57,130 bases of DNA from Patescibacteria group bacterium (GCA_030917865.1 JAUPTX010000004.1:1-57130), one strand, 5' to 3'. Counted from the first letter of the stretch, positions 20,922 to 30,173 are shown. Numbers and translations: made by a program. Notes: generated by a model from the letters alone, not told the origin.

Positions 20922-20951
20922 AAAGCCCGCAGGTGCAACCTGCGGGCTTTT
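20922..20951 (+). terminator. GC-rich terminator of unit 4
   Basis: aaagcccgcaggt-gca-acctgcgggctttt. Confidence 0.85.
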
Positions 20952-20985
20952 CATTTTTCTATCTTTAATCTATACTTTGAGCTAT

Positions 20986-22704
20986 ATGACAAGCAATCAA
21001 ATCCGTGAAAAATTTTTAAAATTCTTTGAATCAAAAGGTCACTCGGTAATACCTTCTGCTTCTTTAATACCTGAAAATGACAACTCTGTTTTGTTTACAA
21101 CTGCCGGGATGCAGCCACTGGTGCCGTATCTTTTAGGAAAAGAACATCTAAAAGGTAGAAGACTTGCGAGCTCTCAGAAATGTCTTCGAACAGGAGATAT
21201 AGACGACATTGGAGACAATAGGCATTTAACTTTTTTTGAAATGCTTGGAAACTGGTCACTCGGCGACTATTTTAAAGAAGAGTCTATTGCTTGGAGTTTT
21301 GAATTTTTAACTTCAAAAGAAAATGGTCTTAGTTTGGATAGTTCGAGACTTTATGTAACTTGTTTCGAGGGGGACGAAAGCGCTCCTCGTGACGAAGAGT
21401 CAAAAAACATCTGGATGAAAACTGGAATTCCTGAAAACAGAATTTACTTTTTGGGTAAAGAAGATAACTGGTGGGGTCCCGGAGAAAACGGACCCTGTGG
21501 ACCAGATACAGAAATTTTCTATGATGTGACGGGAAAATGCGGAGATTTGTCTCACGAAGATTTTCTGCGTGCTCAAAAAGAAGAAAAGGTAATCGAGATT
21601 TGGAACAATGTTTTCATGGAATACGAAAGTAAAGATGGAAAAGTCATCGGCAAACTCGCTCAGAAAAACGTAGATACTGGAATGGGCCTAGAAAGAATAA
21701 CAGCTGTAATAAATGGAAAAGACAATGTTTATAATACGGATTGTTTTGAGTATATTTTAAATTCTTTACCTTCTGGCGATGAAAAAAGTAGAAGAATAAT
21801 AGCAGACCATATGCGCGCCTCTTGTTTTTTGATTTCTGATGGTGTTTTGCCAGGAAATTCTGACAGGGCATATATTTTAAGAAGACTTTTAAGAGGCGCT
21901 ATTAGACATGGAAAAAAGATTGGTTTTGAAGGGGTTAGTTCTCTTGTTTTAAAAATTGCTGAAAAATATAAAGAAAGTTATTCATTAGATGTAAATTTTA
22001 TAACACCGATTGTTGAAGCAGAAGAAAATAAATTTTTGAATACTTTAGATAAAGGTCTAAAAGAATTTGAAAAAGGTGAACGAGATACGTTCCTACTCTT
22101 TACTTCATATGGTTTTCCTGTGGAAATGACAATAGAGCTTGCTCGTGAAAAAGGCGAAACTATTGATATTGATTTATTTAATCAAAAAATGAAAGAACAT
22201 CAAGACAAATCTCGCGCTGGAGGAGAGCAGAAATTCAAAGGAGGTTTGGCAGGAACAAGCGAGGCTATCGTAAAACTTCATACAGCTCACCACTTACTAC
22301 TTGCGGCTCTTCAAAAAGTTCTGGGGACTTCTGTAAAGCAACGAGGCTCAAATATTACAGAAGAACGTCTTAGAATGGATTTTTCTTTTGACAGGAAAAT
22401 GACAGATGAAGAAAAATCGGAAGTGGAAAAACTCGTAAACGAAGCTATCGAAAAAGATTATAAAGTTGTAAAAAGAGAAATGCTTAAATCTGAAGCTGAG
22501 AAAATCGGCGCAGAAATGGAATTTGGGGCAAAATACGAAGACATCGTTTCTGTTTACTTTGTAGAAAAAGGTGACGAGGTTTTCTCGAAAGAATTTTGTG
22601 GTGGTCCGCACGTAGAACACACTGGCATACTTGGCAAATTTAAAATCCAAAAAGAAGAAGCTTCTTCTGCCGGTGTTCGAAGAATAAAAGCTGTTTTGGA
22701 ATAA
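20986..22704 (+). CDS. alaS: Alanine--tRNA ligase, short form
   Basis: LFTTAGMQP, HLTFFEMLGNWS, DTGMGLER, HTAHHLL, EFCGGPHV; ends GVRRIKAVLE with no C-Ala domain. Confidence 0.95.
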   Translation: MTSNQIREKFLKFFESKGHSVIPSASLIPENDNSVLFTTAGMQPLVPYLLGKEHLKGRRLASSQKCLRTGDIDDIGDNRHLTFFEMLGNWSLGDYFKEESIAWSFEFLTSKENGLSLDSSRLYVTCFEGDESAPRDEESKNIWMKTGIPENRIYFLGKEDNWWGPGENGPCGPDTEIFYDVTGKCGDLSHEDFLRAQKEEKVIEIWNNVFMEYESKDGKVIGKLAQKNVDTGMGLERITAVINGKDNVYNTDCFEYILNSLPSGDEKSRRIIADHMRASCFLISDGVLPGNSDRAYILRRLLRGAIRHGKKIGFEGVSSLVLKIAEKYKESYSLDVNFITPIVEAEENKFLNTLDKGLKEFEKGERDTFLLFTSYGFPVEMTIELAREKGETIDIDLFNQKMKEHQDKSRAGGEQKFKGGLAGTSEAIVKLHTAHHLLLAALQKVLGTSVKQRGSNITEERLRMDFSFDRKMTDEEKSEVEKLVNEAIEKDYKVVKREMLKSEAEKIGAEMEFGAKYEDIVSVYFVEKGDEVFSKEFCGGPHVEHTGILGKFKIQKEEASSAGVRRIKAVLE

Positions 22705-22749
22705 AATCCCCAAACAAAACTTGTCACAACACTTCTTCTAACGCATACT

Positions 22750-23910
22750 ATGTGTATGAATCTCTTTAAGACTTCTAAAAAACAAGAAGAAGTTGTTGCT
22801 TTTTTTGATATTGGATCTGGTTCGGTTGGCGGATCTATAATTTTAGCCTCTAATAAATCTGCGCCAACCGTTCTATCATCTATTAGACAAAATCTAAAAA
22901 TAAAAGAAGATCTCAAAGGGGAAACCGCTTTAAAAGAAATGCTTTCTGCCTTAAAAGAGGTTGCAAACTATATACAAAAAGATAGTAAAATGGTTCCAGA
23001 CAAGGTTTATGCAATTCTTTCTTCTCCTTGGTCTTTTGCTTCTTTGAAAAATATAAAAAGAACTAGTACTACTAACTTTAAAGTGACAGAAAAGTTTGTT
23101 AACGATTTAATTCAAGACGAAATAGAAAATAAGAAAAAAACAAACTCAGCGTTGGATGTTTTGATAGACAAAAGGCTTGTCGACATAAAAGTTAACGGCT
23201 ACGAAATAGAAAATCCTTTTGGAAAACAGGTTAGAGAATTGTCTATAAATTTATTTATTTCAATGTCTTCTACGTACATAATAAACGCGATAGAAGACAC
23301 TATCATGTCTACATATCACAAGAACATAAAGTTTACCTCGCAAATGTTTTCGGATTTTATGGTGGTTAGAGATATTTTTGATAATTTAAATGATTTTATA
23401 ATTTTAAATATAGACGAAGAATTTACAGAAGTGTCCATAATGCAAAATGATAATTTGATACACTCGTCATCCTTCCCATACGGCAAAAACACTTTAATAA
23501 GAAAAATAGCTAAAAATATTGGTAAAAATACAATAGAGGCTAAGTCGTTAATATTTGCGTATTACAACAGTCACTTAACAGACAAACAGGTAAACTCTCT
23601 TTCTTCTGCTATTAAAAGTGCAAATATGGAATGGATAAATTCTTTAAAGAGAATATTTACTGGAGTTCTGACAGACATGGTTTTGCCCGAATATATTTTT
23701 ATGGTCACAGATGACTCAAGTAAAGAGTGGTTTGCAAATCTTACAAGTATGGGAAATTTTTCTGAATTCACAACCACAAAAAATGATTTTAATGTTATAA
23801 TCGGAGACAGTAAGATTTTAAAAGATTTCTGTAGTTTCGCCTTAAATGTTTTGCCGGACGATAACTTAACAATGCAAGCAATTTTTATTAACAAGATTAA
23901 CTTTTTATAA
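22750..23910 (+). CDS. FtsA/PilM-like actin-fold protein of unknown function
   Basis: FFDIGSGSVGG, ILNIDEEFTEVS, FPYGKNTLIRKIA. Confidence 0.65.
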   Translation: MCMNLFKTSKKQEEVVAFFDIGSGSVGGSIILASNKSAPTVLSSIRQNLKIKEDLKGETALKEMLSALKEVANYIQKDSKMVPDKVYAILSSPWSFASLKNIKRTSTTNFKVTEKFVNDLIQDEIENKKKTNSALDVLIDKRLVDIKVNGYEIENPFGKQVRELSINLFISMSSTYIINAIEDTIMSTYHKNIKFTSQMFSDFMVVRDIFDNLNDFIILNIDEEFTEVSIMQNDNLIHSSSFPYGKNTLIRKIAKNIGKNTIEAKSLIFAYYNSHLTDKQVNSLSSAIKSANMEWINSLKRIFTGVLTDMVLPEYIFMVTDDSSKEWFANLTSMGNFSEFTTTKNDFNVIIGDSKILKDFCSFALNVLPDDNLTMQAIFINKINFL

Positions 23911-23912
23911 AT

Positions 23913-25211
23913 ATGCATAGAAATTCTATACATGATATCAAGCCCTCATCTAAACTAAGAAGAAGTAAGGGATATGAGACTCGAAGACTTGAGCAAGAAG
24001 ACGAAGAGATAAATGTTCGTGTTAGAGGTAGAGAGGTTTATGAAGATATGTATGACGACAATCAGTCACGTGGTGGACGTGGTATTTGGTATATAGCTAT
24101 TTTTTGTTTGATTTCTCTTGGATTTGCATTGTCGTTTTTGTTCTCTGAGGCTACAGTGACCATAACCCCAAGAGTTGGTAATCTAAACGTAGACGAACTT
24201 TTGACTGCAACCAAAAATCCAATGGATTCTAAATCTCTATATTTTGAATCTGTTACTCTTTCTGGCGAAGAGTCTTTGACCGTGACAAATACAGAAAAAA
24301 AATACGTTGAAAATAAGGCAACAGGAAAAGTTAAAATATTTAACAATCATAGTACATCTTCTCAAAATCTTTTAATTGATACGCGTCTTGAGGCCCCAGA
24401 CGGAAAAATATATAAAACTGTAAAGGCTGTGACTGTGCCCGGACAAAAGAATGTGAATGGCAAGTTAACTCCTGGAAGTGTTGAGGTGGATATTTACGCT
24501 GATGCTGCGGGCGAAGAATACAACAAAGAAAACGGAACTTTGAAAATTTTTGGATTTAAAAATAATCCAAAATACAACAATTTCTATGCTGAAATAGTGA
24601 CTCCTATAAAAGGTGGTTTTAAAGGAGAAACTTTTGCGTTATCTGAAGAAGAAAATATTGAGCTAAAATCTAACTTAGAAGAAAAACTAAAATCTAGCCT
24701 GTTTGAAAAGGCTAGGGCCGAGCTACCAGATGGTTTCTTGGTATACGAAGATGCAACTGTTTTAGAAATGGGTGCTCCAGAAATTACATCTGTTGACGGT
24801 GCGACAAAGCTTGTTCAAAAAGCTAGTCTATACGCTTTTATCTTCAAAGAGGAAAATCTAACCAGAAACCTAGTGAGTGATCTAGTTGGAGATTTTGATA
24901 AAAACAAAGTTTATGTAGACGGAATAGAAGATATTTCAGTATCTTTGATGTCAAAAGATGAGATAGATCCTAAGTCGGCAACTTCAATATCTTTGTCTGT
25001 AAAAGGCGAAGCCAGAGTCGTTTGGGAGATAGATGAAGATATGGTTAAAGAAAAGGTTGCTGGGATAAGAGAAAGAGATTTTCAGGTTGCTATTACTGAG
25101 TTTAGGAACATCGATTCAGCATTTATTGCAATAAAACCATTTTGGAAATTCTCAACTCCTAAAAATGTTGAGCAAATTAAAGTCGTAAATACAGAGTCTA
25201 CACAAGACTAA
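23913..25211 (+). CDS. Membrane-anchored protein with baseplate J-like domain
   Basis: TM followed by ATGKVKIFN..TRL..DGKIYKT..VTVPG..GSVEVDIYADAAGEEYN. Confidence 0.65.
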   Translation: MHRNSIHDIKPSSKLRRSKGYETRRLEQEDEEINVRVRGREVYEDMYDDNQSRGGRGIWYIAIFCLISLGFALSFLFSEATVTITPRVGNLNVDELLTATKNPMDSKSLYFESVTLSGEESLTVTNTEKKYVENKATGKVKIFNNHSTSSQNLLIDTRLEAPDGKIYKTVKAVTVPGQKNVNGKLTPGSVEVDIYADAAGEEYNKENGTLKIFGFKNNPKYNNFYAEIVTPIKGGFKGETFALSEEENIELKSNLEEKLKSSLFEKARAELPDGFLVYEDATVLEMGAPEITSVDGATKLVQKASLYAFIFKEENLTRNLVSDLVGDFDKNKVYVDGIEDISVSLMSKDEIDPKSATSISLSVKGEARVVWEIDEDMVKEKVAGIRERDFQVAITEFRNIDSAFIAIKPFWKFSTPKNVEQIKVVNTESTQD

Positions 25212-25252
25212 TTTGACTTTGATTAATATTATTGTTACTATATCTCTTATAA

Positions 25253-25468
25253 ATGAATCAAAAGCAAGAGCAAAAATCTAATGGAACAATCGTCGAGGCT
25301 CTTCCAAACGCAATGTTTCGGGTTGTGTTGGATGGAGCAGAAAGCCCTATGATAGCTTATCTGTCTGGAAAGATGAGAAAGTTTAAAATAAAGGTTTTGA
25401 TTGGTGATAAGGTTGAGGTGTTGCTTGACCCTTACGGGGGCAAAGGAAGGATCACAAGGAGAATGTAA
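25253..25468 (+). CDS. infA: Translation initiation factor IF-1
   Basis: [24 protein letters not shown]. Confidence 0.97.
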   Translation: MNQKQEQKSNGTIVEALPNAMFRVVLDGAESPMIAYLSGKMRKFKIKVLIGDKVEVLLDPYGGKGRITRRM

Positions 25469-25525
25469 TATATTAACAACAAAAACTTGCGTTTTTTTAG
25501 ATTATAAGGTAATATACGAAACTGT

Positions 25526-25551
25526 AAATTAAGGGGCAAATCCCTTAATTT
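25526..25551 (+). promoter_or_regulatory. Hairpin in the rpmJ-rpsM leader
   Basis: aaattaagggg-caaa-tcccttaattt just downstream of a TTGCGT..TAATAT-like promoter. Confidence 0.4.
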
Positions 25552-25580
25552 TGAGTTCTAAAAGAAATTAAAAATTTTTC

Positions 25581-25703
25581 ATGAAAATTAAAACTTCTAT
25601 CAAGAAAAAAGACCTAGCTCAAGGCGATCAAATCGTTAAGAGAAAAGGCAAATTATACAGAATTAATAAGAAAAATCCTCGTCGAAAAGCAAGACAAGGA
25701 TAA
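25581..25703 (+). CDS. rpmJ: 50S ribosomal protein bL36, zinc-free (type B) form; absent from ORF track
   Basis: Translates MKIKTSIKKKDLAQGDQIVKRKGKLYRINKKNPRRKARQG, between infA and rpsM. Confidence 0.93.
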   Translation: MKIKTSIKKKDLAQGDQIVKRKGKLYRINKKNPRRKARQG

Positions 25704-25722
25704 TTTTAGTTTATATTTTATT

Positions 25723-26103
25723 ATGAGAATTTCAGGTATAACAATCCCAGAGAGAAGATTAGAGATGGCGCTTACTGTCGTTTATGGTGTTGGTCGTGCG
25801 AGAGCTAGAAAAATTTTAGATGAAGCTCGAGTTGACTACAGTAAAAATCCAAAAGATTTAACTACAGATGAAGAAAACCTAATCAGAAAGATAATAGAAG
25901 ATAACTATACGATAGAAGGTAACTTGAAAAGAACAGTTTCTGCGAACATCAAAAGACTAAAAGATATCGGATCATACAGAGGATCAAGACACTCAAGAGG
26001 TCTTCCCGTAAGAGCTCAGAGAACAAAGACGAATTCTCGAACAGTTAGAGGAAACGTTAGAAAGACCATGGGATCAGGTAGAGTGATAGCATCTAAGACA
26101 TAA
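25723..26103 (+). CDS. rpsM: 30S ribosomal protein uS13
   Basis: ALTVVYGVG, IGSYRGSRH.RGLPVRAQRTKTN. Confidence 0.98.
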   Translation: MRISGITIPERRLEMALTVVYGVGRARARKILDEARVDYSKNPKDLTTDEENLIRKIIEDNYTIEGNLKRTVSANIKRLKDIGSYRGSRHSRGLPVRAQRTKTNSRTVRGNVRKTMGSGRVIASKT

Positions 26104-26107
26104 TAAT

Positions 26108-26542
26108 ATGGGAAAGAAAAGAATCGTAAAAACTAAAACAGGAGGCGTAAATAAAGAGCTAAAAAATAGAGCTCTTGCAAAATCATCAAAGAGAAAACTT
26201 GCTGATGGTATTTTGTTTGTCGAAGCTACTTTCAATAACACAAAAGTTTCTTTTTCTGATAAAAAAGGAAATGTTATTTTCTGGTCTTCTTCTGGATCAC
26301 TAGGATTTAAAGGTGCTAAAAAGGGTACACCTTTTGCTGCTGCAAAAGTAGGTGACCTAATCGGCGAAAAAGCAGAAGCTATCGGAGTAAAAGAAGCTGA
26401 GGCTGTTGTGAGCGGTGTTGGTACAGGTAGAGAATCTGCCATCCGAGCTTTCATGGCAAGAGGAATAGAGATAACAGCTATTAAGGACACTACACCAGTT
26501 CCTTTTAATGGACCAAAACCTAAGAAACCAAGAAGAGTATAG
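26108..26542 (+). CDS. rpsK: 30S ribosomal protein uS11
   Basis: ATFNNT, GFKGAKKGTPFAA, DTTPVPFNG. Confidence 0.98.
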   Translation: MGKKRIVKTKTGGVNKELKNRALAKSSKRKLADGILFVEATFNNTKVSFSDKKGNVIFWSSSGSLGFKGAKKGTPFAAAKVGDLIGEKAEAIGVKEAEAVVSGVGTGRESAIRAFMARGIEITAIKDTTPVPFNGPKPKKPRRV

Positions 26543-26565
26543 TATTAAAATATTAAAGAAGAATT

Positions 26566-27174
26566 ATGATAATAGGACCAAAATATAAAATTTGCAGAAG
26601 ACTAGGAAGCGGAGTGTTTGATCAATGCCAAACACAGAAATTTATGGCTTCTGAAGGCAAAAAATCTCCGAAAGCTAGCAAGGGGCCAAGAAAACAGCTT
26701 TCTGAGTACGGAATGCAGTTAAACGAAAAACAAAAAATTCGTTTCTCTTATGGTATTTCTGAAAAGCAACTATCTAACTACGTAGAAACAGCCACAACTA
26801 CAAAAGGTGCTATTGCATCTGAAAAACTATACGAACTACTTGAAACAAGACTTGATAATGTTATCTACAGATCAGGACTTGCTGTAACAAGAAGACTTGC
26901 AAGACAAATGGCTTCTCACGGACACTTTTTGGTTAATGGTGTAAAAACAAACGTTCCTTCTTACCACCTTTCTATTGGAGACAAGATTTCTGTAAAAGAA
27001 GGAAGTAAATCTTCTGTTCTATTCCAAAATACAGACAAGAAACTAGAGAAATTCAACGTGCCAGCTTGGCTTTCATTAAATGCAGACAAGCTTGAAGTTG
27101 AAGTTCGCGGTGTTCCTAAAAAAGACGACGCATTCCTAGATTTCAACACAGTTCTAGAGTTCTACAGCCGTTAA
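26566..27174 (+). CDS. rpsD: 30S ribosomal protein uS4
   Basis: SEYGMQLNEKQK, LETRLDNVIYR, LEFYSR. Confidence 0.98.
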   Translation: MIIGPKYKICRRLGSGVFDQCQTQKFMASEGKKSPKASKGPRKQLSEYGMQLNEKQKIRFSYGISEKQLSNYVETATTTKGAIASEKLYELLETRLDNVIYRSGLAVTRRLARQMASHGHFLVNGVKTNVPSYHLSIGDKISVKEGSKSSVLFQNTDKKLEKFNVPAWLSLNADKLEVEVRGVPKKDDAFLDFNTVLEFYSR

Positions 27175-27212
27175 TTAAATTTTGTTAGCTTATTATTAAT
27201 AATTAAGTATTT

Positions 27213-28193
27213 ATGATTGATACAAAAATCATCCTACCGTCAAAGCCTCGACTTGTTAAAGAAGAGGGAAACAAAGGGGTATATGAGATTGATAATCTAT
27301 ATCCTGGTTATGGACATACACTAGGTAATTCACTTAGAAGAATTATCCTTTCCTCACTTCCTGGTGCATCTATAACTTCTATTAAAATCTCTGGAGCAGA
27401 TCATGAATTTGCTGTACTTGATGGTGTTAAGGAAGATGTTATCAATATAATTCTTAACCTTAAAAAAGTAAGATTTAGACTTTTAACAGACGAAGTTCAA
27501 ACTTTGACTCTTAAGGTTAAAGGGCCAAAAGAAGTTTACGCTTCTGATATTAAATCAGCTGGTCAAGTAGAAGTTCTAACAGGAGATCAATATATCTGTG
27601 AAGTTACAGGAAAGATTGATTTCGAAATTGAAATGAATATTCAAAAAGGTCTTGGATACGTTTCAAAAGAAGAACTTCAAAAAGAAAAGATGGATATTGG
27701 TCACATCGCTTTAGACGCAATCTTCACACCAATCAGAAGAGTTGCATACGATGTAGAAAATATGCGAGTTGGTGATTCTACAAACTACAACAGACTAATC
27801 ATGTCTATTGAGACAGACGGAACATATTCACCAAGAGAAGCAATCGAAAAAGCTATAGAAATAATGATCGTTCAACTTCAAGCAATACATGATTTCAAAG
27901 GTCTTGATGAAAAACCAGAAGAAATCATCGAGGCTGTAGAAAAAGAAGTTAACGAAGTAAGAGAAGCTTCAAAAGACGGTAGTGATGACGAGAAAGAAAT
28001 AATGAAAACTCGAATCGAAGACCTAAATCTTTCAACAAGAACATTAAATTCACTTATAAACGGCAAAATCAGAACAGTCGGCGGTATCGCTCGAAAAACA
28101 GAATCTGATCTTCTAGAGCTAGAAGGTATGGGAGAAAAAGGAATCCAAGAAATTAAGAGGGCCTTGAGTAATTTTGGAATTCTGCTAAAGTAG
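27213..28193 (+). CDS. rpoA: RNA polymerase alpha subunit
   Basis: GYGHTLGNSLRRIILSS, DAIFTPI, alpha-CTD LNLSTRT. Confidence 0.98.
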   Translation: MIDTKIILPSKPRLVKEEGNKGVYEIDNLYPGYGHTLGNSLRRIILSSLPGASITSIKISGADHEFAVLDGVKEDVINIILNLKKVRFRLLTDEVQTLTLKVKGPKEVYASDIKSAGQVEVLTGDQYICEVTGKIDFEIEMNIQKGLGYVSKEELQKEKMDIGHIALDAIFTPIRRVAYDVENMRVGDSTNYNRLIMSIETDGTYSPREAIEKAIEIMIVQLQAIHDFKGLDEKPEEIIEAVEKEVNEVREASKDGSDDEKEIMKTRIEDLNLSTRTLNSLINGKIRTVGGIARKTESDLLELEGMGEKGIQEIKRALSNFGILLK

Positions 28194-28217
28194 TGTAGTA
28201 ATTTTATTTAAAACAAC

Positions 28218-28574
28218 ATGAGACATCATAATCACAACAGAAAATTCGGTAGAAAAAAGAAAGTGCGAAGCGCTCTTCTTAAGTCTTTGGTATTGTCTTT
28301 GATTGTATACGGAAGAATCCGAACAACAGAAGCAAAAGCTAAAGAAATAAGACCAATAGTAGAAAAGATGGTAACTAGAGCCTTGTCTGCCGACGTAAAC
28401 GCAAAGAGGGTTATAATGTCTCGACTTATGAACAGAGCACCTGAAACTAAGAAGCTGATCGAAGAGATTGCTCCAAAGTTTAAGGGTGTGGCTGGTGGAT
28501 ACACAAGAATCCTAAAGCTTCCTAACAGAAAATCAGATGGTGCTAAAATGGCATTGATTGAATTTGTAAAATAA
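28218..28574 (+). CDS. rplQ: 50S ribosomal protein bL17
   Basis: MRHH..RKFGR, IRTTEAKAKE, GGYTRI. Confidence 0.98.
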   Translation: MRHHNHNRKFGRKKKVRSALLKSLVLSLIVYGRIRTTEAKAKEIRPIVEKMVTRALSADVNAKRVIMSRLMNRAPETKKLIEEIAPKFKGVAGGYTRILKLPNRKSDGAKMALIEFVK

Positions 28575-28592
28575 GTATACTAATAAAACTTT

Positions 28593-28937
28593 ATGGAATA
28601 TAAAATTGACGCACAAAATAAGAAAATCGGAAGACTGGCAAGTGAAATTGCTATGATTCTTATGGGTAAAAACACTCCAGATTTCGAAAAGCATAAAATC
28701 GCAGGAAATACTGTAGAAGTGTTTAATGCGTCAAAAATGTCTATCGACGTTAAAAAACTAAGAGAAAAAGAATACGAAACATATTCAGGATATCCAGGAG
28801 GTCTTAAATTCACTTCTCTAGAAAAAATGCTAGAAAAGAAAGGATACGGAGAAGTTATCAGAAACGCAGTTCACGGAATGCTTCCAGCAAACAAACTAAG
28901 AGATCGATTAATGAAGAACCTAATTATTAAAGACTAA
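28593..28937 (+). CDS. rplM: 50S ribosomal protein uL13
   Basis: IDA..GRLASEIA, YSGYPGGLK, AVHGMLP. Confidence 0.97.
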   Translation: MEYKIDAQNKKIGRLASEIAMILMGKNTPDFEKHKIAGNTVEVFNASKMSIDVKKLREKEYETYSGYPGGLKFTSLEKMLEKKGYGEVIRNAVHGMLPANKLRDRLMKNLIIKD

Positions 28938-28942
28938 AAATC

Positions 28943-29356
28943 ATGACAACAGCTAAAACAAAAGATAAATACTTTGAGGCAGTAGGCAGACGCAAGACTT
29001 CAACAGCGCGTGTGCGTATTACCCCTTCAGCAAAAACTTCTTTTGTAATCAACGACAAGTCTATAAACGAATACTTTACAGTTGATTCTCTAAGAAAAGT
29101 TGTTTCTGATCCTTTTGATAAACAAGAAACTCCTAAAAATTTCTCTGTTTCTATCAAAGTTTCTGGTGGTGGTATCAACGGTCAAGCAGATGCTATAAGA
29201 CACGGTATCACAAGAGCATTGGTTAAATTCGATGAATCTCTACGAAGTCCAATGAAGAAACTTGGTTTCCTAAAAAGAGATCCAAGATCAAAAGAAAGAA
29301 GAAAGGCCGGTCTTGCTCAAGCTGCGAGAAAGCGAAAACAATGGTCAAAACGATAA
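28943..29356 (+). CDS. rpsI: 30S ribosomal protein uS9
   Basis: GRRKTSTARV, GGGINGQA, RDPRSKERRK, QWSKR. Confidence 0.98.
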   Translation: MTTAKTKDKYFEAVGRRKTSTARVRITPSAKTSFVINDKSINEYFTVDSLRKVVSDPFDKQETPKNFSVSIKVSGGGINGQADAIRHGITRALVKFDESLRSPMKKLGFLKRDPRSKERRKAGLAQAARKRKQWSKR

Positions 29357-29370
29357 AAAACTATTTTTCA

Positions 29371-29392
29371 AAAAACCTCGAAAGAGGTTTTT
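29371..29392 (+). terminator. Terminator of ribosomal protein operon
   Basis: aaaaacctc-gaaa-gaggttttt. Confidence 0.8.
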
Positions 29393-29397
29393 TGATT

Positions 29398-29439
29398 TCC
29401 CCTCATCTATGAGGAGGGGTGCCCGCAGGGCGGGGTGGT
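29398..29439. repeat. GC-rich REP-like palindromic element
   Basis: tcccctcatctatgaggaggggtgcccgcagggcggggtggt: two small hairpins, much GC-richer than its surroundings; single copy in window. Confidence 0.5.
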
Positions 29440-29461
29440 GTTGTATAAAAAATTATTATTT

Positions 29462-29656
29462 CCTACTTTTTCATTACCAAAAAGTAGGCAAAAGGCTAGA
29501 CCCACACTTCACACCTAAAAACAATAGATTTTAAGCCAAGAAAATGATGAACTCGCTTAAAAAGAAGTGATTTGGCACTTCTTTTTAGGCTTCAAACAGC
29601 ATCAGTTTCTAAGGCAAAATACTATTGTTTTCTTAACGGTGTTCTAGTGTAGGGTC
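29462..29656. other. Structured intergenic element: short hairpin plus ~160-nt nested rod
   Basis: cctacttttt/aaaaagtagg hairpin, then nested pairs gaccc/gggtc, acact/agtgt, acacc/ggtgt, aaaacaatag/ctattgtttt, gcc/ggc, tgatg/catca, taaaaagaagtg/cacttcttttta. Confidence 0.8.
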
Positions 29657-29678
29657 GGAAGTGGTTACTTTACGATTC

Positions 29679-29706
29679 TTGACAAAGTGTGTGTATGTGA
29701 TATAAT
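29679..29706 (+). promoter_or_regulatory. Consensus sigma70 promoter of unit 5
   Basis: TTGACA-N16-TATAAT with extended TG. Confidence 0.85.
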
Positions 29707-29768
29707 GTGCTAGAATATTGAACCCAAACTAGTCTGGTTTTAGAAAACCAGACGCAATACAACAGAAC

Positions 29769-30095
29769 ATGAAAGCGGAACTTTTGTTCGTATGTAAGGA
29801 CGCGGCTGGTGGATGTGGGCACGTTGGCCCACGTACAAGTTGGATATCTGTGGGAGACACCCTTGAAATGTGTCCTGTGTGTCTCCAAGACCACGCCTTT
29901 GCTGTGGACTTGGAGAACGTACATCGCCTCAAAGAGTGGGGAATGGACCCTGAACCTGTCCGAGAGCTGTTGAAGATCGAAGAGGCCAAGGAGATCGATG
30001 AAACCCATGACGCGATTGATCGTCAGCGTCAAGCAAACGGACACAAAAGTGGTTACAGAAGTATTCAAGGAGGTGGCTATGACTACGAATTCTAG
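29769..30095 (+). CDS. Orphan Cys-rich, zinc-ribbon-like protein (unit 5)
   Basis: C.....C.H and CPVC..DH; GC-rich codons; leader caatacaacagaac. Confidence 0.75.
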   Translation: MKAELLFVCKDAAGGCGHVGPRTSWISVGDTLEMCPVCLQDHAFAVDLENVHRLKEWGMDPEPVRELLKIEEAKEIDETHDAIDRQRQANGHKSGYRSIQGGGYDYEF

Positions 30096-30119
30096 CTCCT
30101 CGACCCAATTGTACGAACG

Positions 30120-30155
30120 ACGCCGACCCCAAGGGGTCGGCGTTCTTGTTTTTCA
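30120..30155 (+). terminator. GC-rich terminator of unit 5
   Basis: acgccgacccc-aa-ggggtcggcgt followed by tcttgttttt. Confidence 0.85.
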
Positions 30156-30173
30156 TGGTAAAATATTTTCTAT

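Noticed and set aside
23913-25211. Prophage, suggested by the baseplate J-like domain
   Set aside because: No terminase, capsid, tail or integrase genes; flanked by alaS and infA.
29313-29534. 73-aa ORF after rpsI
   Set aside because: Overlaps rpsI, its terminator and the palindromic elements; better explained as non-coding structure.
29679-30155. Assembly chimera or contamination as the cause of GC-rich patches
   Set aside because: Composition shifts coincide with gene, promoter and terminator boundaries at many independent sites; read mapping would still be the definitive check.
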